A stretch of DNA of 63,965 nt, counting the filler, from Pelomyxa schiedti (lineage: Eukaryota > Protista > Evosea), in NCBI GenBank assembly GCA_020536535.1. It is 11 parts of 11 records of this genome, joined end to end, with 100 filler letters (N's around TTAATTAATTAA, not from the genome) between each part and the next. Parts side by side here need not be neighbours in the genome. Positions count along the whole stretch, not along the records: positions 1 to 1,706 come from JAHLWZ010002321.1; positions 1,807 to 22,534 come from JAHLWZ010001084.1; 9 more parts are not named here. One strand, written 5' to 3'. This document shows positions 1 to 12,700 of the stretch, one piece after another (positions within the stretch are counted from its first letter, which is position 1; the number at the start of each line of letters is the position of its first letter). Made by a program: the position numbers and the translations under genes. The notes beneath the pieces were generated by a model. That model was not told the origin of the DNA. It saw nothing but the letters and a program-made list of their open reading frames with translations, and searched no databases.

Positions 1-535
1 GTGACATCAAGTGCGCCAGTGTGGCGGCTGTATGTGCCTGACAGTGTCTTGGTGGGTGCACTGGGGTCGTCATCATTGCGGCATGTCCCGTACACATTGT
101 TGCCCTCATCGACCTATGTGTAGTGATGTGCCCAGCTCATATCAGCAAAAAGTTACGGTGCCAAGTGTTTGTTTGGAGTTACTTAATTTTTAGGTTGTGT
201 TTGCGTCTATTGTGTTTGGTTGCAGAGGGTGTTGCAGGTTGAATTTGGCAGGTTGTGTTGGGTTTACCTCAAAGGCAAGGGCCCAACCAGGAGTTACATA
301 GTCTTTTTCAGTCCATTCGGTCTGCTGTGCCCATATCGTAGCAGCGCCCTTGTTGTCCTTCCCTCCTATCCTCACACTTATCTTCCTCGTCCTTTTTCCA
401 GTGGAGTACAAAGAAAAAAAAACCCAAAATAAAACAAAAGGGGGGACGGGTAAAGGTGACTCAAAGTTTGAAGGCACGTTATCCACACTATAACACACAA
501 AACGCAACGCACCCAGCAGGAGCACTCGTCGACAT
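1..535 (-). CDS. Small orphan protein, tandem paralog A (spliced; 3' end runs off the window)
   Basis: ATG TCG ACG AGT GCT CCT GCT at 535. Exon RKISVRIGGKDNKGAATIWAQQTEWTEKD and a 3' exon (DDPSAPTKT) match the copy at 751-1308. Confidence 0.6.
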
Positions 536-750
536 CCACGCTTGGACACGAGTTTGCTGTGATTTCGCACCCTTTGCTAAGGTGAAAAAAAACCAACGGT
601 GATGACTTCTCTACTTTCGCCACACAGCAAGTATCAACCATAAGTAATTACATACTTTCCTCTTTATCTTCCACGAGCCCAAACGCATCTGTCACTTCAC
701 ACTACCTACACACAGAACATGCCAAAACCTGCAGGCCAATCAAACATTTA

Positions 751-1308
751 TTAGTCTTTTTCCTCCATTACTACAATCCCCCTGGCCTGGCCACTGTTGC
801 CGTTGCTGTCGTTGGTGTCAAGTACACACATCTGACCCTGTCTGAGGGTTCCAGTGTAGTGATAGGCATATCTCCACTCCACTGACGGTGCTGAGAATGT
901 GGCAGTGGTATCAAGTTCGCCAGTGCGGCGGCTGTATACACCAGTCATTGTCTTGGTGGGGGCACTGGGGTCATCAGTAGAGTAGGTACCATTCACAGTG
1001 TTATACTCATCAACCTATGTCAAAAACGATTTTAGGAATTTGGCAGGTTGTTGGGTATACCTCAAAGACAAGCTCCCACCCAAGAATATTAAAGTCTTTC
1101 TCGGTCCATTCAGTCTGCTGTGACCATTCCGTAGCAGCGCCCTTGTTGTCCTTCCCTCCTATCCTCACACTTATCTTCCTGCCACTGTTTCCAGGGTGGA
1201 AAAGAGAGAGAAAAAGGGGCGTCAAGGTGGTAAAAAAAAACACGCACTGCCGTTATACACAAAAAAAAAAACAACGCACCCAGCAGGAGCAGGAGCACTC
1301 GCCGACAT
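751..1308 (-). CDS. Small orphan protein, tandem paralog B (3 exons)
   Basis: ATG TCG GCG AGT GCT CCT at 1308. Exons RKISVRIGGKDNKGAATEWSQQTEW and NGTYSTDDPSAPTKTMTGVYSR...EEKD*. Same exon layout as paralog A. Confidence 0.65.
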
Positions 1309-1399
1309 CTTGTGTTAAAATCTGATTTGTTTTTGTTGTTTCATTTAACCCTGTGTTTCCTGTGAAACAAACCGTTTTCGGTCAACGATAATCAATTGG

Positions 1400-1706
1400 T
1401 TGAACCAATGGGACAACAACATGTCCATTGTGATGTGGAAGGTCCGCATGCTGTTTTTCTTTTACTGTCGCGCCTCCTCTCTTGGAGAGAGGGGCAGGTT
1501 GTCTATCACATGGGACCGATCTCATCACATCGTTCAATTCGGTTTTATGGAGTCGTGCGCTGCGTTGCCTCTTTGTGCCGAGCGAGTGTTGGACGCGAGG
1601 GCTCAGTTCGTTGCTCTGGCGTGCGGTTCCATGATTGACAGGTGCGGGCCCGCGTCTCCCGCGAGGCTGTTGTCTGCATCCCCCCACGTCCTGGCCGACG
1701 AAATCG
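1400..1706 (+). CDS. 5' fragment of an expanded orphan family (ARxQFVAL...RCG..SP motif), cut by the contig end
   Basis: ARAQFVALACGSMIDRCGPASPARLL...HVLADEI resembles AHDQLAALLACLTVPRCGARSPASL...HVLACDV at 60452-60871. Confidence 0.5.
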
Positions 1707-1806
1707 NNNNNNNNNNNNNNNNNNNNNNNNNNNNNNNNNNNNNNNNNNNNTTAATTAATTAANNNNNNNNNNNNNNNNNNNNNNNNNNNNNNNNNNNNNN
1801 NNNNNN
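1707..1806. other. Artificial contig spacer N44-TTAATTAATTAA-N44 (also at 22535, 24548, 44815, 46505, 56701, 57841, 59073, 60352, 62856)
   Basis: Identical 100-nt block with stops in all six frames. Adjacency across these spacers has no biological meaning. Confidence 0.97.
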
Positions 1807-4800
1807 ATCTTGGTGTGATGATTGGGCGCCAAGTTGGCCAACTAATTATGGCCATTCACGGGAACCAGCGAGTTCAAGCTAACAGACCCCAGCCAACCGA
1901 CCCACCTTATAAACCCCTCTGTATTGTAAATAGTTAAGACAAAGTTGTTATATAAGCAAACACAAACATATGAGAACAGCAACACTATTCAGTCCACAAC
2001 GTCCCTCTCCTAGACCACCACTCTTACAATCAACATAAACAATTTGGTTGGTGGCTAACAAACCTATTTTTATGAATGAAGGAATGAAGGTCACTGCCAC
2101 AAATGACTTCCCCATAAGGCAGTAAGGATGCCACACACCTCAAGGCCTGAGGTGCTCACACCAACTTGGTAATAGTTACGATCTGATTGCTAGTGATAAA
2201 GGTTTCTCTTAATTCCCTTAGTTATTCTGTGTTATGTGTGATTCGTGCATAGGGTGATTGTGACGTCAATGCTATTGTGTTGGGTGATGGGAATCTGGTG
2301 ACTCCTGAGTTCACCCTGAGCTGGTGACTGGTGGGGACCCACAACACTGAGCAGCGCCGATCGGCACGCCAACTTTGGTGCCAGCCAGAGTCGTCGGGAT
2401 CGTTGGACAAAGGGTGAGACTACGGGTTGGAAACAGATGAATTTTGTGAACTCTCTCAGTACCCTGCAGAACCAAGTGTGTGGTGTCCTGCACAATTGTT
2501 CCAGTGTTTTGTTTATAAATGGCTTAAGTCTCGAAAGTGGCACGGTCCCACTGACCCCAATCAGATTCCTTATTTCCCGGCCGACGATGGAGGCGTTTTG
2601 CGGTGGGCACCCAGAACGCGAGGCACAGATCGTCGCAGTCGATCGCGTGTTGCATTTGGTGCGTGGCATCGCGCAGTTATTGTTATTGTTATTGTTGTTG
2701 TTTGTTGACATTTTGTTCTTGCCCAACAGTATGACGTGATTATGGAAAGTGCCAGTGCCACTTGCAGTGCTGTGTCAGTCTTGTGGCCTCCTCGATTCGC
2801 GGTGTTGTATGGGTGCATTGGCTCTGGCAAGTCCTTCAGTATGCATGTTTCCCTTTGTTCATCGAGTTTGATTGTGTTCCAAGTTTTACGGAGTATACTT
2901 GAAGTCAAAGGAAAAGCACACGTCGAGGTTCCTTGTGCTCTTCTGCGTGATATGCCCAATCGAAGCATCTTGAGCTTACTTAGGGTGGGTTTTTGTTTTG
3001 GAAAACCAATAACTCATTGTAAATACCAGGAAGAGATTGAGTCACAGATTGAGTGGCCTGATACTTTTGATGTAAGTTCACAGCCTGTCCAATCGGAGGC
3101 ACAATCACCTGTCGAGGTTGAAGAACATTCTGAGCCTAAAAACATACCACGCCCGAAAAAGCCTGTCCTTGTAGTATGCAATTGTGCATTGTGGAATCTT
3201 TGAATCAACCAAAGAACAATGAAAGATATTCGATGATGCTGAGCATCTTAGTAAAGAACAGTATGAATGGTTGCAGCTGCTTCCATGCAACCCTACAGAC
3301 TTGGTTGCTTGGTGTGATTGTTATGACGCCTTGGTGTTTCCGCTATTTATTTTCAACTGTGCCCAGTACCCGCCACATACACAGTACTTCTCAGCCGTCT
3401 GCAGTGGCTATCGATCTATACATAGACCTTTGCTAGTTTACTTCCCGCCTTACAGCGAAGGTTTCTCCCTTTCGGTTGCATCAAGTTCTGATCTGTCTGC
3501 TCTTGAAAAAAAGGATAGAACAGATTGCTGCCATTATTTCACCTTTAATTACTTCAGAGACTCTACAGAAAACATGTGTTGCCACGAAGTTGTTTTGAGT
3601 CTCTTTTTATTTATTTAACTTCCCTCTTTAGCTTACCTATGTCTCATGACATTAATTCTATCCGTTTCACTGCACAGCATACTCTTCAAGGGGTGGATAT
3701 ACAATGTTCAATTTTTCCTCGAATGGTTGGTTCCTAACTGTTCCGTAGCAACTGCACCTCCACAGAGGACTCCCCAATCAAGTGTACATTTGGTGCAACA
3801 TTCCCCAAAAGTTTTCTGGACTGTAGACTCTGTATGCGAATTTTCTTCTTATAATTCTACCTCACCAGTGTTTAGACCTTTGTCCAACTACCAAGACTTA
3901 CACGACAGTAGGACTTTTCCCTTTAATGTGATTGCTTAGTAACCCATTTGCAGAGTTCTTCTAGTGTCATACATTCTATCACACGTAGTTAATTCCACGG
4001 TAAGTAAAGCAAAAAACAACTCAAAACTCAATAAACAAAATTCCACTCATTTCGCCCAATACACAACAACAGACTCAAACCCAAGCGGCGGAATTCTACG
4101 TTGATGAGCTTGTGGATAAATACTGCGAACTATTCCAGCCCACTGACCTGACAGCAGTGCTCAGCCACATCAAGCAGCTGATGGCACTGAGGGCAATAAA
4201 GTGCCCCAATGTATCACGGTTATCTCCACTGTGCTTCATGAAATCCAGGACAAGGATGGTGTGCTGTGTACCTGAGAAGGAGGCACTCCGTGTAGCCAAG
4301 TCACTATCATACAACCTCCATGACCTCATGCCCCTAGCTCCACAATTTTGATTATCAACAAAAAACCCTGATCATTTGTTCATGTCTCACACAAATTTTT
4401 TGACATGGGGTTGGTATCTTAAGGATACAGTGAAACATCCAGGTTCTTTTTTGTTTCCGTTGTTCACGGTTGCCAGCAGCACATCATTCATTCGCCACTG
4501 GTCGCACAGCAAGCGTATGCGCCCACTGCTGCCGCTATGATGATGAGACCTCAGGTTGCTAGCCAATCGAATCATTCATTGAAGATCAAGAATTTTCTGG
4601 TTTTTTTGTAGGCTTGTCGCTGCTGGCAGCGAACAAACATGGGCAAGGACAGCCACAAACCGCCAGAGCCACACTCGTCTCCTTCTACCTCCCATTTGCC
4701 ACCGGTGTGCAACACCGATCTGGGAGATAGAAACTCTGAATAAGCATCTCCCATGCCACCTATCTTCTCCCACAGACATTTATAGGAGCATACTAGAAAA

Positions 4801-4899
4801 GCGCCCAATTAAGCCTTTGCACCACAAACTCAACACCGCTATGACCACAACACCATTGGCAACCAACTGGCAAAACTTAGTAAGGAACCTCAACTGCGC

Positions 4900-5392
4900 T
4901 TCACCTTTCTTCTCTTTGATGTTCTTCCACATTCCCCTAGATGAGTACATGGCATTATGGAATGAAGTAGTGTGTATTGGAACGAAGGGGGAAAGAGCTT
5001 GCTGCCCAGATGTTTGTTTCTTCTGCAATCACCCCAATGTACTCACCATTCTTTTGCATTTGCCATATCACTATTTCAGCTCAACACTGGGCTCTATGAC
5101 GCCCTTGTGGAGATGCATGACGTTCAAGTAGCTTCATGTGGTCATGACCACCTCAACGACTACTGTGGTGCCTTCTCAGAGCATCCTTGGTTGCAACTCT
5201 GTTACGGCAGAAAAATGGGGATTGGTGAATGGTACCCATTTGAGAAACCATGGGGCCAGAGTCTTCCATTTGACATTGGATTCCCAAGGCAATATTGGTT
5301 ATTCTCTGTGGATAAGAAATGAACACGGCGAGCAGGAAGTACAACTGGAACATCAACCCAGTGATTATATACAGCACGAATGCTATTCCTGA
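4900..5392 (+). pseudogene. Calcineurin-like metallophosphoesterase (DCR2/PAP14-type) C-terminal half, frameshifted and apparently 5'-truncated
   Basis: Motifs FFHIPLDEY, GERACCP, NTGLYDAL, GHDHLNDY, LCYGRK and GARVFHL. GARVF lies in a different frame from LCYGRK with no room for an intron (~5245). No N-terminal motifs seen upstream. Confidence 0.65.
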
Positions 5393-5705
5393 ATTCCAAG
5401 TTTCCTTGGAATGCTTACAGAGACGCCTTATTTCGGCCTCCACCGCTGATTCCAATCAACCAAAACCGGGTTTAGGAGAATCATAAACGAAGTTGGTTGT
5501 GACTATAGTCAAGTCTGTCATGATGTGTGACTTTTTTTTGAAGATGACATGTAAAAGCTGTAACAAGCAAGTACTCCTTTACGATTCAAACAGGAAGAGG
5601 GGGTTGGCAACGAGGGGATTTGAACTCTGAAAGGCCTGCTGTTTGATGTATTAGCGTAACTGATCGGATGAAAAGAAACACGAAATCTTACTTGTAAGGA
5701 GAAAA

Positions 5706-7868
5706 ATGAACGACGGGGATGCGGACGATGCGACTGCACGTTGTTAGTTGTTTGTTTTGTTTTGTAATATGACACACCAATCAATCAACAACACAAAAGA
5801 ACAGGTAGATTTCTTTTCCCCGTTTCGTGATTAGAAGTATGGGAATCAAAAGCATTTGTTGACAAACCAACAAGGTTGAGGCCATGATGCTGCTACCACA
5901 TTTTCATGGTAAGCTTTGCTCCTTTTGCAATCTCTCCCTCAGAGAAGAAATAGGAAAGGCTGTGGAAGGCTATTCGGATGATTCTAATACTTTTATTATC
6001 CGTGCTGGTGATATTGTCCATATTCATTCTGTTGACAATGTTTTACGTTCCTTATTTTCTTTTTTTTTCCCTCTTTCTTATTGTGGTAGGACCAACTTTT
6101 ATGTTGCAACACTGACGGTATTTTTTACTGGATTCCATCTTCCATAGTGACTGAATGTAACTTTTTTTCCATATTATACAATTAGTCTCCCACCCAATTT
6201 CTCCCTTACTCCCTTTCCTGACAGGGACACCAAGTGAATTAATACCTCCTCAACTTCCTCTTCCACCAGTACCAGACAGTTATGCTCACATATTCAGCAT
6301 TCCCGCATATAACCCACCACCGCCTCCCGTCTTCACGCCTTCCCAGGAGATCGACGCTCAACAAACAGTGCCACAACAAAGCGCCGAATTATCTCCGCAG
6401 GTGACTACCCTGGAGCAGCCTCAGGAAGATGCTGCACTCTCCAAGAAAAAGGGCATGGCAGTTACTGAACTCATTGAAACAGAGAAAGTTTACGTAAATG
6501 ATTTGCAGTTAGTTATTGAGGTCTATCATCTCACTGCCTTTTGGTCACCCACTTGCTTGTAGACACTTCTGACAACTAGTGCTTTAGGTTTTCATCAACC
6601 CGTTGAAGCAACAACGAATTCTGCCAGAAGACCAAATTGCTCTTCTTTTTGGCTCTATTGAAAGTATTTCTGGGATCAACTCAGTGCTTCTACAATCTCT
6701 TGTTGCTGGTGCATCTGTTCCTACTGCATTAGTTTCAATGGTAAAAGAAACTCTTGGAGACCATGACCAACTTCCAAAAAGCTCAGTTACCTCAAAGTAT
6801 ACTCAACGTATTGTGCAAACATCGCTCAGCAGCTTGCAACTTACAATAAGCTCTACGCTGCGTCGAAACCATTCAAGAAATTCATGGACACAACCCATAA
6901 AAATCCCAAACTTAGGAAATTGGACCTGGTCACCTTTCTTTCCAAAGTATGTTACAAGGGCATATCTAATTCCCTCACATCTCGTAGCCAATGCAAAGGA
7001 TATGCAAATATCCTCTCCTCCTCCGAGTATGGATAGCTTCAGAAAACATCACAGTCTAAATACTCTTAGGAAATTCTCAGGTACACCTCACCATTGGAAC
7101 CAGATTACAACACACTTAAAAACGCGGCGGAGAAGATCTCACAACTCGTCAGCGAAGTGAACGGTACACTTACTAAAACTTTCCTTGAGGCGTGTAATTT
7201 TATCACAGAACGAAAAAGAAAAGAAGAAAATAGTGCCCGCATGTTCGAACTACAGAACCTGCTCTTCACTCCAGAAGGAAGGCTTATACAGATTGTGAAA
7301 CCAACCCGCAAACTGCTTATTGAATCGGAAATAATCGAACACTCCCTTCCACTGACGGCCATTTCAGATGACAATTGGTCCTCTGGTCAAGTCTGTGCCA
7401 TAATTTTAACCTAGAATTCACCAAGAAAAAAAACTCACAGACAGTGAGATGGATACTGTTCAGTGACGTGTACATCCGAGCAACGCAATCTCTACTTTCC
7501 TCACTCATATCATCAAAGCTTACTCTGAAATCATACAATCACATATCTGATGTCTGCATACACGACCTCTATGCGCAAAGTTAGAATTCCACCTCAAACA
7601 CTCCAAACCAAAAATATCCCTCCCATAGCCAACCCTAAAACCAAACCCAAAACTAGAGCGCTCAAAGAACCCACAGAGGGTGCTTCTGACACTAAACCGC
7701 AGTGATGGGAGCCAAGAGCAAATCATGGCCACTATCAAAAACGAAGGGGACAAAAAGCTGTGGATGGACATGGTAGCATCCGCCAAGGTGGAAATCGGCT
7801 GTGGTGCCAATGTACCATCCTCACGTGATGCCTCCAGTAGCATAAGTGTCAACAAAGGTTGGTCCTGA
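5706..7868 (+). CDS. RhoGEF (SH3-like region, Pro-rich linker, DH-PH), multi-exon; start uncertain
   Basis: After removing ~41-80-nt GT-AG introns: ELIETEKVYVNDLQLVIE|VFINPL, YLKVYSTYCAN, FLSK|PMQRICKYPLLLR|EILRYT, VSEVN|ERKR, then PH-like LLIESE...WILFSD...KKLWMDMV. Confidence 0.85.
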
Positions 7869-8060
7869 TGCTGATGCTGGTGGCAAATGATTCTGTAACT
7901 TATATCACCCAACAACACACCCTAAACCACCAACCAAAACCAAAAAAAAAAGCACAAAGAAGACACCCAACACCTAACTTCGTTTTTTTTTTCCTCTCCT
8001 TCTTTGGTTTCCGCTATTTCACGTTGTTGAAACGACAGGTGGAGCCAGAGCGAAAACGAA

Positions 8061-11000
8061 ATGCAACCAACACAGCAGCAGGCTGCCCACGGCGGGAGCA
8101 CCAGGGCGCACTCGCACACGCACGTGCCTCCCACGCGGCCGGCGCCCTCGCCCCCCGCTTCCCCCACGCCCTCGAGGAAACAGCAGGCGGCGCCGCCCGT
8201 GCTCCTTGCCGCGGCCACCACTCCCGCCCCCCAGGCTGCAACTGCCGCTGTAACCACAACGAGCACGAGCACGAGCACGAGCACTAGCACGAGCCAGGGA
8301 ACCAGTTCCAGAGGGAGTGATGGGAGTGCGAGCAGTGGTGGGGGAGGGAGCGGGACCGGGAAGGGGGAGGTGGGGGAGGGGGAGGGGGGGCTGGAGGGGA
8401 CACCAGGGGGAGAGGGAGCTGGATCGGGAGCGGGAGGCAGGGGCGGGATGGTGAAATACCCGGCGACTGCTGCCCAATTTGACAGGCACTTGCTCACTTG
8501 CATGGAATACAAGAAGTCGAAGGAGGCGGATGAAACATTGGGTGGGTGGGTGTGGTGTCACATATTTTTGGGTTCTGGATGATTGTTGTTGTTATTGTTG
8601 GCTTCCACAATTCCTCTGGGGCACTCATCTGATTGTTCCCTCTTATTCATTTTCATAATTCCAAATAGCAATGAATTCTGCTGCTGCGTCAGCACATCCA
8701 TGGGCAGCTAATGGGAACAGGATAGCTTTGAAATCTAGGGTATGCAGTTACAATTAGTGGCTCTGGTTTCTTTTTTAAAAAAAAAAAAGAACCTTGGTAA
8801 ACCAGAAACAATACGAGTCGACCCCAATGCCTTTTCCGTAGTTACAATGATTGACCTTAGTGGAAACCATTTCACTGTTCTTATTCCCTTTGTTGCTGAA
8901 AATTCTGACCAGTACTCATAGGAAATACCAAAGGAAATCTGGCTATTTACGCAACTGCAGTCACTGAGGATGTTTGGGAATAGACTAAAAGTACTGCCCC
9001 AAGTCGTCTGTCCCACTCTCCTCTACTTGGATTTGGGGTTTTCCCTCACTACACTCTCCTCTTCTCATCTTACTTCAGAAAAAACGAAATAGAAGTACTT
9101 CCCGAAGATTGGTCTGGGGTTCCAAATCTGAGAACCCTTGATGTTAATTGGAACAAGCTCTCTGTGGTAACTTTTTATTTTTGTTGTAGATGGAAGTCAC
9201 TGGTATTTTTTTAAACTCCCAAAAGCTTCCCACTGGACTTACACAAATTACCACCTTGCAAACTTCTGCACTATTGTTAAATTCTCTCACCGATTTACCC
9301 ATTCTTCATTGCACAGAAGTAAGCCTTCTACTACTTGCAACTCTCCCTAATTTCTTTGACAGATGGATCTTTCGCATAATAAGTTTGCAACATTTCCACT
9401 GAATGTATTTTCTTGTATGCCATTCTGTTCACCCAGCAAAGTTCCCAATAAAAGATTTGTGCAATGAAAAATCTATCTGCATTGACGATATGTGCGAATG
9501 AATTGAGGGAGATACCGCTACAAATTCAAACTCTTACCAACTTAAATAAGTATGCTACCTCTTAAACATCCTCTCATTTGATTAAATTTGAGGTTGAGTG
9601 ATTATTCTAAATCTTTCAAGATTAGACTTGAGAAGAAATTCTCTAAAGATTCTGCCTCCCCAAATTGGTAAAAGACTATGCCTGCTCCCTTGCAATAGTT
9701 ACAATCTTACCAAGAGAAGGCATGCTTACTGCCTTGCTATCGCTTTCCCTCCAGAAAAATGAATTGCTTGAACTGCCTCCTGAAATAGGCAATCTCGTAT
9801 TATTACGTGATATGAATGTGGCAAATAACAAACTTTCTACACTGCCTGCCTCTATCAGCAGTCTAACATCGTATTCAATGACATTTATCCTTTGTAACAA
9901 CAAACATGAATAAGATTGAAAACACTCCAATTGTGGTCCAACAACATAGTCAGCATCCCTGTATCATTTGCCCACCTCCCAAAACTACAGCTTGCTGAGT
10001 TGAGCTCCAATAGCATCTCTATGCTCCCTACGGAAATGCTACAGTCTCCTGTGCTTTCAATCATGCTGAACTCTAATTGTTTTCACTCTTTTCCTACAAT
10101 TCCTGTACTAACGGTACGACAAGAAGCTGTGGCTGCAATCCTACCGTGCCACTAATACTCTCCAGACAGAAATAAACTTGAGTTCAAACTCGGTGGAAGG
10201 CCCAGTTCATATTAAGGAGGGGAACTTACAGACACTTGCAATGAATAAAAATTCCATAACTGATTTTTCGATAACTCTAGACGCCGCCAGAGATTTGAGG
10301 TTAGTAGTCATAAGTCACTCTGCCAGGTCTGAGCAACAAAAAAGGAGTCTGTCACTGGCGTATAACAACATCAAGGCACTGCATGACACACTTTTTCCTA
10401 ATGTCAGGCAGCTTCTGAATCTCAACCTCTCTGGAAATCAGTTAGCGTTTATTCCAGCATCAATAAGTTGCTTGAGTAACCTCCAGATACTTTCCCTCGG
10501 TTACAACAGGGTTCCACTTTCCCCTCCACCTCTTCTTGTTCTAAATTAGCGTTAGCTGACTACTCTTCCCGGGTCTGTGGCGGACCTGACATCTCTACAA
10601 GGTTTTTTCTATGTTGCATCATTATTGCTGTGCTTGAGACTATCACTCATTCATTTAACCACTCTGCAGTTTTATTTCTTTCTGGGAACCCCCTACGGTG
10701 CGTACCTGCAGTTGTTCTAGCAATCCCTTCTCTAAAGAAACTGTATATGGTAAAATCACTTGGCTTTACTATGGTACCTACTTCAATATTCAGGCCAACA
10801 CAGGCATTCAGAACTTGCCTATGAACATAGGCTGCTTGCAAAAACTTGAAGTTGTGGACTTTACCTTCAATATCATCCCTGATGTATGAAACTACCTTTG
10901 TTTTGTTTCTAATGGAGGTAAAGATTACATTTTTATGCGAGGTCACTACACTAAAAGATATTAATCTTTCACACAATGCACTCACAACAATTCCGGAGTC

Positions 11001-12608
11001 TATCACAAAATTGAGTGATTTAAGAGGTCACACTTTTGTTTTATCATCATTTCCTTTACACTCCTCAGAACTCGATTTAAGCAACAATAATATTAAAGTA
11101 ATACCTCCTTTCTTGGGGAAAATTTCCACCTTAGGTTCGGTCCCATAAATCATAGGATTTTGAAATAATTTATCATTACTGAACTTCCTAGGGCAGCTTC
11201 ATATTGATCACAATGAATTGAAAGAGGTACCTGACCTCGATGAATGAAACTTACTGATCCAATCTAGTTCCCTCCTTTTATTGTAACCACTACAATAATG
11301 CCTCCTCCTGTGCCATATGTTTGGGTGGAGGGGAACATAGGTGCGGAGCCACTTCCTTCCTTTATAGATCCCAGGCAGTTCTCGAATGATCCCCCTTTTG
11401 TCCCACAAGTTCAGGTATATCCCTTATCGGAAGTTCGACCCACTCCTTTCAGGCTGGGTGGGCCAGTATGTGCGGAAAGCGGCCGGATATGCAAGATGCC
11501 ACTGTGGTTCTCAGTGACCCACTCAATTCGTGCAGTTTTCATCTCGCTGCCATTTTTGATGGACATAGTGGGGTGACAGTTCCCCAATTTGCCTGCAGAG
11601 AGTTGCCTCGTCTGCTGGCTCAGGAATTATCAGAAAAGCACAGCTTAAGTAGTCGTGAAATTGAGTTTTAATCATACCTCACACGCAACACAGGCCACGG
11701 AGATGTTTGTGATGCAATCTGGACAGCTTTTGACCAGGTAACAAGGCACTTCTTCCTTAATTTCGTAATTGTGTTCAGTGTCAAAGTAAAATTGGGTATT
11801 GTAAGCTGGCAGACGGAAGTGCAGCAATTATTGCATTACTTTTACCCACTGGAGAGGTAAGGTTTCATGCCATGCAATAAAATCGATTGATCTTTACCAA
11901 GTTGTACATTGCTAATTTGGGAGATTCGCGGGCTGTTTTGTGTAGAAATGATACAGCTGTTGAACTCTCAGAAGACCACAAACCAGAGACTCCTTCTGAA
12001 ATGAGACGAATTCTAAGATCAGGTATTTAAAGGTCAAATCAAAAAAATGAGCTAATCTTTGAATCTTACTAACTTACTGCACATTTGCTTGGCAATAACT
12101 AGGAGGGTTTGTGACTGTCAACGGTTGGAATCTTTTTCACTTACCCAAATCCTTCTTAAATGTCTCAGGTCGTGTTTTTGGCGAGCTCGCACTTTCACGT
12201 GCATTGGGTGACTGTGCCTATAAAGTAATTAACCAATTAGCATGGCGCCTTATATTTAGTAACATATTTGAAAAGCCCACCATATCCGCTGTTCCAGATA
12301 TATCTGTTATACAACTACAACCCACTGACAAGTACCTGATTCTAGCATGTGACGGTGTATGGGATGTAATCTCCTCCCAAGAAGCTGTCAATATTATCAG
12401 GTTTTCCTTGACGGGAATTTCTTGTCCCTTCTATCTAACCCCACCCCACAGAAACAGAGAAAATGCCATTGATGCAGCCACCACACTAAGAGACACAGGT
12501 ATGCATCCTTCCTCACAACTTCTATTAGGCCTAACCACGCAAAAAGCATTTTTGCAAGGCAGCACAGACAACCTCAGCACCATTGTTTTCCGCCTCAATT
12601 CCCCTTGA
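8061..12608 (+). CDS. Leucine-rich-repeat plus PP2C (PPM) phosphatase, many short introns
   Basis: Low-complexity N-terminus, then about 20 LxxLxLxxN repeats. PP2C motifs GKRPDMQDA, AIFDGHSG, YIANLGDSRAVL, LSEDHKP, GELALSRALGD, LILACDGVWDV, GSTDNLS. Confidence 0.9.
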
Positions 12609-12700
12609 AATTACACCAACAATAAGAAGAAAAAAGTAATACACAAAGCCACTGCCCTTTCAAGTGACAGGGGATTGTTTTGGGTTTGGCCGGTTCTTTT

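Noticed and set aside
1751-1762. Recurrent TTAATTAATTAA palindrome
   Set aside because: Always centred in 44+44 Ns; an artificial six-frame-stop linker.
6368-12608. Fragmented ORFs as evidence of stop-codon reassignment or frameshifting
   Set aside because: Each break examined is explained by a short GT-AG intron under the standard code.
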